Source: Bigelowiella natans CCMP2755
Taxonomy: Eukaryota > Protista > Cercozoa
Length of the DNA: 51,212 nucleotides
Direction of reading: 5' to 3'
Assembly: GCA_000320545.1 (NCBI GenBank)
Contig: ADNK01003113.1
Coordinates: forward strand, 1-51,212
Within the stretch, counting starts at the first letter, position 1, and each line of letters opens with the position of its first letter. A program made the translations under genes and the position numbers. Under the pieces are notes generated by a model. It saw only the letters and a list, made by a program, of their open reading frames with translations, was not told where the DNA came from and searched no databases. Below, piece after piece: positions 37,773-48,933 of the stretch.

Positions 37773-38050
37773 CACGCATAATTGCTACAAAAAAGGCTGC
37801 TAGAGTTGCTGCTGCTGCTGCTACCAAGGCAGAAAGCCACAGAGTTCCTGTAAGCAACTACGGGCAGCCAGAGGCTCCAGAAAAGGCCAGAGTAGAACTT
37901 TGCTTGCTAAACAAGAGGTAACTGCCATTTAAACAACTTCCAAAACACCCGAAAATGGATACAGTATTGTTTACCCTGACGTTGTTGTGACGGTAGAGAA
38001 AGTACATATTTTGGAAGAGAAGAGGGACGTGAATAAGGTTCCCTTGAGGC

Positions 38051-38086
<36 letters not shown>

Positions 38087-39400
38087 TGTTAGCTAATGCA
38101 TCTTCGTCGAAATAAAGTCGGCACTCCAATTACCCCAAGCCATAGAAATCTCTGGGGCACCAAGAAGAAGAAAAGGAACATGCACACGTGGTGGACAAAG
38201 AGATCAAGCCTGCAATAGGTGTGAGCGAAGCACGCGGTAGGTCATGTAATGAACTCAAACGTAGTCTGAACGAGACATCACCCGAACTTGTTGTACATAA
38301 TCTCTGCCATCATTTTGGAGAACTGGACTGCATATACCTCGGTTCTCCACTGCAGAATAAAAACAAGCCAAACGGCACTCTTGTAAGTGGTAACACACCA
38401 CCATCCAACAGTAAAGAAAGAAGCGGAGGAAAATCGTATTACGAAGTTCAGCTCTCCCACATTTCCAAAGAAATATCCGAGAATATTGAGGGCGGATACG
38501 ATATTTGCGAGAACGATGAGTCGGCGGAAAGTATTCTTATGAGCCTTTTTTACTGCCTGAAACTTAGACGGATTCCTCACGAACGGGATCTCCGCTTTGG
38601 CCGAGTACGTGGTTTCCGAATTCATCCGCCGCTTCTGAATAATTCGTATGAAGTTGTTTAGTCTGTGCAAAAGCATGATAGGTGTCCACGACGTTGCAAG
38701 ATTGACCGGCTTAGGAAAAAATTAATGGTGAGTGCGTCCCACGTTAGCACCTATTTGTGTTTTTGTATTTATGGGGCAGCTGGTTCCAACCTTCTGAATT
38801 CCGTGAACAAGATACGGATCTCCGCATAATCTCGAGAAAATACGCACGGATTTTTGCGAAGAATACCGATATTGTTCATTATTCGGGGAAAATATCCATG
38901 ATTTTGAAGCATTTGCGAGGGCTGAAAAAGACTGCTCAGTTCGATTGGCGGACTACGGAACTGTGAGCCCAAAGTGTCCGCCTCCAAAACGACTTGCATT
39001 TCAGCGGATTTGTTTAAAACGACATGAACTTGTATGCTTTAAAAAGGCCAAAAACTGTTGTTTTCATGTAAAGATTGCGTCACGTGGCAGTCTAAGAAGA
39101 CGAGATATTTCCTGGTTACACAAGAAACAGTAATTTGTCGTAGAGTCAAATAGGAATACATTTTTGTCATAGAGTGAATTCGATGTTGTGCACTATTTGC
39201 ATTAGAACACGCAGGATAAAAACTTGGACATTTCATGTATACGACAAGTCTTTTCATTTATTTCTTGTGAAAACACCTACGATCGTAGACAAGCACAAAT
39301 GGGTTTGCCATAAAACTGTGGTGCCCTTCCACTCCGAGCTAACATGTCTCGTCGACGAATGTCGAAGACCAAAACTCATGAGTATGAATTGAAAGCTTCC
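36900..39400 (-). CDS. Hypothetical multi-pass membrane protein, multi-exon (may be more than one gene)
   Basis: Hydrophobic exons 'LRNTIFLRFFLYCWMVVCYHL', 'TLWLSALVAAAATLAAFFVAIM', 'GQAFGRALMGLGALGTTLDV', and 'LPRLQFFISVVVIVL', bounded by GT-AG. Both ends are approximate. Confidence 0.45.
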
Positions 39401-39547
39401 GGCAAGAGATTAACAGATATTCAAAATTTGGGTGCACGGCGAACTGATAAGACGAAGGTCATCTCACTCATCTTACGATCTCATCTGATCGAAATGTGCA
39501 TGTCACCAGTGTCAGATTAAAACAGATGCAAATGCAAAGAATGAGAA

Positions 39548-42186
39548 ATGCATTTGGGCTTGTTAATAAATAAGTCGATTGAGACTTTTCGTATTGTGGT
39601 AAACAGAAGAGGAGATGCAATCTACACTTTTTGTATCAGTGGATATTCGTTCCATCCAACGAAACCCTCTATCCTCCTCGTAAAAAGTCAATGTGCAGCC
39701 TAATCTATCGTCTTGATTTCAATAGTTTGTATTTATTTTCCTGTAAAGTATCAACTTGATATTTAATTTACTAAAAGCATACAATCCGGTAACCGCCTTT
39801 GAGGAGCTGTATGAGCCTTACACGTCAAAAATTGGCGGCTTTCTTACATTGGCGGCATTCTTCATCCTTATTTCGTATTCATGGTTCGCAATCCTTGATG
39901 CTACGGATAGTTTCGAACCATACAGAGTAAGTGAGTAAGTTGTTAATATCATTATCATCTCAGTAAATAACGTTTTCTATGTATAGCTGACCAAACGGAA
40001 CGTAAGACCTGGGCGAAGTCTGGAGATAAATAGAGAAGATTTATATTTTTATTTCGAGAACCTAGATTCTAGTGCAACAACAACTTTTGAAGTAACGTGG
40101 CATCAGGTAATTGAAATCAAAGAATATCAAAATTCTAGTAAAGTTCCATCTAATCAAATGTATTTTACTGATAGTGCACTCGTGACGAATCCAAAGTACT
40201 TGCAAACTGCATTGCAATAGCAAATTCCCCCTGCATTCAAAGCACAGACGGAATATCGTCTATCACGGTTTAAATACACATTTTCTTGAGTAAAATTCTA
40301 TGCAATATTGACTCATTCATGTCAGGCAAGTTGTCCAAATGAAAATTTAATAGTAAGTTCTGGCCCACAAGGAAAGAAGATCCTTCTCACAGTAAGAAAT
40401 CCAGCCACATCTCCGACAAGTTCTCAGCCTTCTGGAAATTTTATAACAACCCTCATCAATCGCGGGAATGCAAATCTTAGGCGAGACTCAGGGTAACTTT
40501 CAAAAAGATGAGATTTGATTTCATATATATTTCGTTTCTTTATCCACTTTGTGTTTATCAGAATTGGTTTCGATGGAGTGCATCGACATAAGGTGTTTTT
40601 AGAATTTCTCCGTCAGATTCTCTCAAATATATCTAAAATACAGGTTGCATACGAAGCTGACGTTGCCAAAATTCTTCAATTATCTGCATCATTCTACGAT
40701 GTTGAGACAAATAGAAGATGGAAAAGCGGGAAAAGTACTTTCGGTACCTTCGAAACTAGACGTCGATTTCTTCTCGAGCAGGTCTTTTGAACAGCTATCA
40801 ATGTCGTGTTACATTACTTACTCAAATTGGTGATTTATAAGAACCCTGATAGCCCGAACTTTTTCTTCTCGGAGATGGTCATTAACAAAATTCCAATGAA
40901 TCTATTACACTGTAACTGATGCTTTAACTTCTGCAGATCAATTCGTCATCTGTTTCATCCGTTAATATAAGTTTTTCATGCGCGATCTCCGTTGACCCTG
41001 TTGAGGTGATTAATTTTTGAAGAATTCTGAAAACCTTGCAAACAGTTGTCTGTAAATTGACAGATTGATCTTGACTACCAAAGAAGAAATTTCTATGATG
41101 CTATTTCGAAGGTTTCTTTTCATAATGTGCGATTAAAGCGCATTTACTTACGTATGTTTAAAATTGTTGAAATTTGTTAGATCGGGGGCTGCGCTTCCCT
41201 GCTTTTGGTTTCCCTTCTTCTCTTTGGAAGGTGAAATTTTGCTTAATATTTTCGCACTTCATCATTCAATGAATTTCTTGTGTAGATTCGTCGTCAAAAG
41301 ATACTTCCGAAAAGAACGAGCCTTCAAACCAAGAAGTTTAATTATTAAGTTAAGATTTTATGAAATTGTCTGATCAATTGTAAATATACTGTAGAACTTG
41401 CATTTGTACATCTCCTGAATACAAAGAGGAAGCAATTAGAGAAATTTCAGAGGGAGGTATTTTGGCTTTTTCGGATAAAAATATTCATCTGATATACTTA
41501 TGACTTTTGATTAGCTTCGAGATTTAAGAGAACCGCTTGAGGTTCTTGGAGAAGCATTACACATACTAAAGGTTCATCAGAATTAGAATTAAAAGAGCAA
41601 AGTATATTAAAATAGACTATTCCTCATTACATAGGATGTGGATCCCTCACAGGAAGATCTGAACGATTATTTTCGAGATAAAGAGGTAGGTACTTCGCAT
41701 AGCTCTTCAAGCTATCCTGCAACACCAATTTCTTTCTAGGTACAAGAAATGGTCATTTTTTACGACGCCATCCAAAAGGTAGCTCTCAGAAAAGTCAAGA
41801 ATTTTTATCATCAGTTGCAAAATTAATAGGCCTTGCACATCAATCCAAGGGACTATGATGATCCTCTTAAGGAGTTAGATCTTAACATTGATTATAAACA
41901 AAAGGGAAAGGTAATGCATTCCTTCGAACGGATCACGTGATTGAATTAAATTCAGTTTAAAATGAGAAATTGATGTGATCGAATGCTAGGATTATCAACA
42001 TTTGACAGTAAAACAAAAAAGCACAGCGAAAGCGAAGGTAGGAAATCCCCAATCTGTTTGGTTCCCAGAATGACATATTTTTGATAGGAGCTCATGCTAG
42101 ATGGAGCTTTGAATCAGCTATCATTGAAGACAATTGAAAGACAACTAATGACGCTTCAATCATTTTTGAAGGTGAATCTAAGATGA
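39548..42186 (+). CDS. Hypothetical two-TM protein (N-terminal TM, large loop, C-terminal TM, cytoplasmic tail), many short introns
   Basis: 'YTSKIGGFLTLAAFFILISYSWFAILD' and 'YQRRNFYDAISK|IGAA...RFVVKRYFRKE'. Terminal exon 'ELMLDGALNQLSLKTIERQLMTLQSFLKVNLR*'. Confidence 0.6.
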
Positions 42187-42504
42187 TATACAATCTAACC
42201 TACCACAAGTTTGCACCTTAAATCTATGTCTTCTTTCTTTACTGACGATAATATTATGATTGATCATATTTCACGAATTAAATTTTTTAAAAGGAAACGC
42301 ACAGAGATCTAAATCAAAGCCTTCGCAGACTGCCATCGAGTCAACAAATCAATGGACCTGTCTTTGGTTTCGTCTCATCAAATCGAGCTACAAATCAATG
42401 ACTTGATGTATGATTGTGATTTTGAGTCTGTTCACACGAACAATACCATGCGCAATTTAATTTTAAATTGGAACAGTATTGGTCTGCACGTCGATTTTAT
42501 GAGT

Positions 42505-43200
42505 GCCATGCTAGCATGCATCAAAGATGCGCGCGTGCAGTGCAGGACCTAGAGAACATGCTAGCATGTGATGCGGATCCTGTGTCAATTTTTTCCAACT
42601 CCTAGACCCGTGCTCATGCATGCTTGTCGCGAATGAGAATGTCTTGCACATTCAATCACGTGATCGTACTTTGGTCCTGATTTGCAAGGCTACTTGTGCA
42701 TGCCGCACACCTGATCACAATGCCAGAATGAACCAAGCTAGCAAGGTTGCTAGGTTGCGCAAATCTGATCATGTGATCATCACTACTTGCCACACATCTG
42801 CCCATGCCAGCTCTGGATTGTTAGCTAGCCAGAGCAGATGCAAGTGCCACTAGCTAGCTCTAGAGCTAGGCCATGTTGTTGTTCACAAATTTGCTCACAT
42901 GCAACGATGCCATGCCAGCACGTCTAGACGTGCACCAGCGAAAACTAGGAGGAACAAAATTGCGCTGAATGCGATCAGACACGTGAATGGAGAAACAACA
43001 TTTTCATGCGCAACGCTGCACCACAGCAATGACAATGATGGACACCATTGTGACAGTCTAACAGATCTGCTGATGAATTTGGGCTCAAAACAGCAGTCCA
43101 ACACATTTCACAAGTGACTAATCTGCACTTGAAGGTTTGCACATCATAAAATCTAAATCATTGCTAAACGTGTTCACTGAAAAGTTGAAGTTGGAAACGG
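42505..43200. other. TpA-poor, CTAG/CATG-rich spacer between convergent gene ends
   Basis: Examples include catgctagcatgc and actagctagctctagagctagg (~42849-42870). Confidence 0.8.
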
Positions 43201-43280
43201 CAAGTACTGACGAACAGCAAAACGAATCATCGTAAAAAACAAATCAACCTGCAAACGAAGGAATGTGAACAACTTTAGAA

Positions 43281-44683
43281 TTATCTAACCTGGGGTTGCA
43301 TGTCTCCTCCATTGAAGAATCCAAAAGACCGGTTTACATCTTGTAAAACATTTGCAGAATTCTGTTGAGGGGTTAACGTGCAACTTGAGATACTTGAATC
43401 TGAGACTCGTCTTGCTCTGCTTTGATTCTTCTTTGGCTATTAAGCATTCTCATGTCAGAACATTGTGATGGCACGCAAACTTATATTTGAAAGACACCGT
43501 GAACACTTTTGCAGATGCTGAGAGAGTTTTGGCTAAATTATAACATATTAAAATTATGCAACGCTCGCCACCAAAAGGATGAAAAAGAGTTGCATTGAAT
43601 CTTTGGCTTTGCACCTCTACGACTTTGATTTTTGTTCCATTTAGGCATTCGATTTACTGGGTCTGAATTTGCCTGTTCACATTTCGAATCATTTGGTTGC
43701 GTCATCTGTTTTTGAAAGGAACATACCAAATCTAGCTCGATCCCAAGAATTCCAATCTCATTTTCAGATTTCTCAATTCTTGCTGGTTGAATGATGATTC
43801 TACTTTTATAGAATCTCATGGAACTACTTGGACGGTATTCTGAAGCATTTATTCAATTAAAAATACATAATTGATCGACTATGTAGTAAAGTACCGAGTA
43901 TCATCTGCTGACGTGGATTTTTCATGACAATCTCCGGCAACCAACTCCAGTGATATTTTTTTTTATGAATCCTATATATTTATGTTACTATTCAGGTATA
44001 AATTTTCAAGTTCAAACATTTTTGACTTACGTGAAGCCTTTAATCTCAGTGCCCACTAAGAGTACAATTTTATCATTTCGAATATTTTGATCACTCGTAT
44101 CCCCAAGATTAATCTTGTTGGATTTTCGAACTTGGCACACTATGTTCTCATCCCATTTATCATTCGGCAGTCCATTATTCCGATGGACCCATCTGATCGT
44201 ATGTAAATGTTTGCATGTTGTTTCGAATGTGAACAACCTCACACCCATTCATAATAAAATACAAATACATCTCGTTTTTGACAGAAAGCTATCGTAGTGT
44301 CAGCGATAATATTTTTGTTAAAACTTACAAACGTGCGAAGAGGCCACATGTGTTTTGAATGGGATCGGTTCCCTCATCACAGATGCTGTTGAAATCAGAG
44401 AAACATTTGATCTTTCCGAACATCCTTACTTTGTCATCTTCCATCATGCTGCACAAATCTGAAAGCAATCATCCAGTTAATCAAATTTTGTACTTCACAC
44501 ACCGCATCATTCATCAAATAGAACAGAACTCTAGCAACTAACAACAAGGAATGAATCTGTTCGTCGTACGTTGGGAACAGTTGAACTCGATTGTGTTGTC
44601 CCAGGGGATGATTTTTGCTTCAATCCAAAACTAAATGGATTAAACAATTTTGACAAACGCTCAAAACGAGGATTTATTTTCAT
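43281..44683 (-). CDS. Hypothetical protein, multi-exon
   Basis: Exon-like ORFs 44531-44734, 44027-44248 and 43538-43819, plus 'MMEDDKVRMFGKIKCFSDFNSICDEG', joined by GT-AG introns. No family recognised. Confidence 0.5.
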
Positions 44684-45309
44684 CCTGGCGATGTCGCAGC
44701 ACAAAAATACTCCATATTTTCTTCCTTTAGACAATCCATAATTGTGAGCTACGTGCTAACAATTTTTGGCGGGGATGACAATAAATCGAAGGGATGACAA
44801 TACATCGAAGGGATGACAATAAATCGAAGGGATGACAACAAATCTTCCTCCGCGCAAACACGGAACAACGAATCAGGAGTCTATTCTGTTTGATTTACCT
44901 TCTATTTTGCTACTGCGACATCATCGCCATTAAAATGTTCCAACAATTTTGATCAACGGCCAAAACGAGGATTTATTTTCATCATGGCGATGTCGTAGCA
45001 CAAAAAGACTGAACATTTTCTTCCTTTAGACAATCCATAATTGTGAGCTACGTGCTAACAATTTTTGGCGGGGATGACAACAAATCTTCCTCCATGTAAA
45101 CATGGAACAATGAATCAAGAGTATATTCTGTTTGATTTACCTTCTATTTTGCTACTGCGACATCAACACCATTAAATGTTCCAACAATTTTGATCAACGC
45201 TCAAAACGAGGATTTATTTTCATCCTGGCGATGTCGTAGCACAAAAACACTGAACATTTTCTTCCTGTAGACGATCCATAACCACCAGCTACGTGCATGC
45301 TAACAACTT
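44643..45309. repeat. About 2.5 tandem copies of a ~240-bp unit, with a nested 19-bp minisatellite in copy 1
   Basis: Units start 'aacaattttga..aacg..caaaacgaggatttattttcatc' at 44643, 44942 and 45183. gggatgacaataaatcgaa-like units occur 3-4 times at ~44772-44844. Confidence 0.95.
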
Positions 45310-46881
45310 TTCTCGACCAAACTTCCAAAATCCAAAAGCCCTCTCTTCAACGGAATTCACAGGCATGCCATTTCGCTTTAAACGCAAGGATGAGCTATCA
45401 AATGCAGGAAGTTACCCAAACGTTCAAACTACATACCAAGCTTCACCTCGCAGTAGAGCACCAGATCCATTTTACCTACTAGAGAAGCAAAGTAAAGCAG
45501 GCGCATACACACATGGCGAGGACAAGGCATGCTATGAATCCATAGACAGGATGCAGCAAACAAACGGAGATGGCTATGATGAATCATTGCTAGAATCATT
45601 TCGTTCTGCAAACCATGATTGTAGTGAACTTGATGATCATTCGATCACTGATGATGACTCGCAAGTCAAATCTTACACCGGCCAAGTAAGATGCAATGAA
45701 CTCCAGAGCAATTGCTTGAATCAAAACAGTTCCAACACAAAATCTGTTACAGCTGAACCCAATATATTGCATAAAAATGTTTACTCTTCAACATCTAAAT
45801 TTATTGACGATGAATCTTCTTTAAGTGACGAGGCTTTATCGACTCAATGTCGAATTCAAAGTAGTAGTTTGCACTTAATGAACTTCGATGAGCATAAAGG
45901 ATCCCTTAAAGATGGTGCCTGTCCAGATGATGAGTTTGAAAATAGTAGAAGTTTCAGTCAATCTTGTGAAGATCTCAAGAACAACAAATATGACATTGCG
46001 CAATGCAAAGCTCAAAGAAAGAACGAAATGAAGTCTCTACATTTGTCATCCATGGCTATTGAGGATGATAATCGATTAACAACCAATAGGGAGGTAGCAA
46101 AAGTTCATGAGGCAGCTTTTATGCATAGAGCATCCAATTTACAGGGTGATACTTCTCCTTGTGTCAATACGGAGGTCCAAAATGAAGAAAGTCATGGTTC
46201 TAATACTCTGCCATTAAGAGTATCTGAAATAAAAAAGACAGATAGGCTTCTTCAGGAGGAAGATCCCATCATTGGAGAAGACTTTTCTGCACCAGAAATA
46301 GCAAATGGTATCGATATTGATGACAATTTGTGACCTTTATTTGTATAAATAATTTCGCTTGTTAGTAATTAAAGCTCTACAAGATAGAGAGAGTAAATTT
46401 CGTGACAACGACGAAAAAATTGAGAAGATTTTTGAGGAAGGCGTGACTCAAGTAAAAGGAAAATCTCGAAAAGAATTAGCAGAGATTACAGGTAAGTCGT
46501 TCGGGTAACACATATTTTGTTTGTCACGTCTTTATTCATTTTTCTAATTTGGTGCCTTCAGAGCAAATAATTACGTTCACAGCAAAGTTTGTAATGCCTT
46601 AAAGAGTAACTAAAATAATTTTAAGAATGAACATGAATGTGTATTCCTTTTTACTGTTTCCTACTTGCACGTAAATTTTTTGTTACTGATATTGATATGT
46701 ACCAAATCAGACGATTCCATGTTTGTCGCTGGAGTCAATAGTGCAAATGGATGAATCTTGTAATGCATTGTTGACGACACTAGAAGCAAAAAGAACTACA
46801 ATCAAGAACCAAATAGATTCTTTGGACAAAGTTGGAGATCTTCTAGAGAGCACATTGAAAGATTATAGTGAAAAGGACTAA
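45293..46881 (+). CDS. Hypothetical protein: long Ser/Asp/Asn-rich disordered exon plus C-terminal coiled-coil exons
   Basis: 346-aa ORF 45293-46333 (likely ATG at ~45365), then exons ending 'LLTTLEAKRTTIKNQIDSLDKVGDLLESTLKDYSEKD*'. Confidence 0.6.
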
Positions 46882-46910
46882 ATTTGTTCACGCACACTAT
46901 TTTCAGCGAT

Positions 46911-47003
46911 CGTATGATCTAAACATGTAACCTAAGACTACTAATATGCAAGGCTAACGTACGATCTAAACATGTAACCCAAGACTACTGATATGCAGGT
47001 TAA
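46911..47003. repeat. Diverged ~47-bp tandem duplication in the 3' region
   Basis: cgtatgatctaaacatgtaacctaagactactaatatgcaaggctaa followed by cgtacgatctaaacatgtaacccaagactactgatatgcaggttaa. Confidence 0.9.
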
Positions 47004-47059
47004 CAACAAATAATTTTCGGCCTACTTATTTACCTGAGAGCCTTTATGATAGCAAATGT

Positions 47060-47610
47060 TCATGTCTAGATGCAGTCACAGTGTGTCACAATGGTTACAT
47101 AGACAACAGATACCGGAGATAGAAGTCAAACAAAATGATAGTCAAATTGATTGGCGATGGGATAAATTCTGGAATTTGGAGGGATCATGTACGAAAGTAT
47201 GCACATTTTTGCACATCATGGGGATAGAGGACCTACTTGGTTGCCTTTCACACATCAGCACTTTGTAGCAGAAATGCATCACTAAGGCCGCTGCTATGAC
47301 TACATAAACACGTGCATGTCTAGATGTGCAGCATGCAAGAGCAATGGTCTAGCACGTACGATACATCGCAGATTGTGCATTGTTTTGCACACATGCAAAT
47401 GCCAATCTCTAGATCTAGTTGTTTCACACATAGGCCTCGCTAGCTCGCCCGCAAGTAGATTAAGTCAATATGTCATAGATGTTCAAGAGTGCATTTTAGC
47501 TCATTGCAAACAATCACAAGTGTGTCTCCTCGCAGTGGGCCACCAGCTAGCCAGGTCTAGTTTCAGCTCACATGTAGCATCTGCGATGTGCACATCGCAC
47601 ATGTCAATTG
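47060..47610. other. CTAG/CATG/TGCA-rich spacer between convergent gene ends
   Basis: Examples include catgtctagatg (twice), tctagatctag and gctagccaggtctag. Confidence 0.7.
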
Positions 47611-47638
47611 GACGATCAGATAAACCGTCATTTATTTT

Positions 47639-48894
47639 CTATTCTTCATTCTTTAACAACAGAGATGTAGTCTCGAACACCGCCAACGAAATGCCACACC
47701 TTTTGACAACACACGATTTCATCTTAATGAGCAACACGAATACAATATATTGATAAAGTTGGGAAAACATCAACACAAACATACACAACCGATTGTTCAT
47801 CATCGACTCCCTGCTATGATTTTTTTTTTTAAATTCTCTAAAATGCTAGAAATTCAAAATTCGAGCGTCACAACTCTGGCTAATTAAGGCAAAGTCGGCG
47901 TTATTCTCTTTAAATCAATCGCGCTTTCTTTCCCATTCATCCCCCGAAATTTGCCTCTCCGTACAACTTTCAAGACTATTTCTTGAACGAAAATTGCTCT
48001 CAATATACCCTGGAGCAAGCCACAAAACTCTGGCAAATGTACCACGGAAAAGGGCTGAGATCCCTTCTGAGGCCAAAATTTCCTGTACAATCTGGTGAGG
48101 AGATGCTCATTCAGGTCTCATGAAGGCGACGCGTATATGCATGTGTGTATATATGCACATATCTAGATATTATATTGCGAAGATTGTCATCAGAATGATC
48201 ATATGTGGTGCAGCGCCAAATAGTCCTTTCTACGACAAATAACAACGGTAGCGCCCACACAAAATTGATCCTATTTATTCTTTTTAAAAGTATTTTTATT
48301 TTACTAACTCGAACGGCGCCTTTCCCCTCTGTTCCTCTTGCTGAAACCTGCATCCTTGTTCGCACACAGTCCAGAGGCTGAGTGGCAGCTCCCGCTGCAG
48401 CCCCTGCCAAGACTCCCGAGACGAGCGAGACGTAAAATCGGTTGTGAGGCGAGGGAGACGATGATGATCCTTCTCGTCGTCCTAAACGTGCCCGCAGCGC
48501 CTCATAAGTAGCAAAATACAGGGACGAGAATGGCCCCCAGACAAAGACGCTGAGGATATAGCTGAAGAAGGGGTGAATGTACTATTGAGTCACTAGGGTC
48601 GCTGATACACTATTTATTGAGCGAATTATTGTTGCAGAAATAGCAAAGATCATTCACGCTCTGGAGCATAGAAACTTTGTACAAATCACCAAGGACATTT
48701 GTAACAGCGAGAAAAAGGATCCTCTCGGTCTATCATTGCTCAGTAGCACAAAGACACATACCCGCGATAAAGACCTCGAATGCCCAGCTGTTTGCAGAGA
48801 TCAAGAGCCCTAGATGATGATAATGCCTTCAATTCAACTAATTTATGTCCGAGTGTCCCCTCAGACCCCCTCCATATACAATATACAATATAAA

Positions 48895-48933
<39 letters not shown>

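Noticed and set aside
44772-44844. CRISPR-like array
   Set aside because: The 19-bp units are head-to-tail without unique spacers, the context is eukaryotic, and there are no cas genes. It is a minisatellite.
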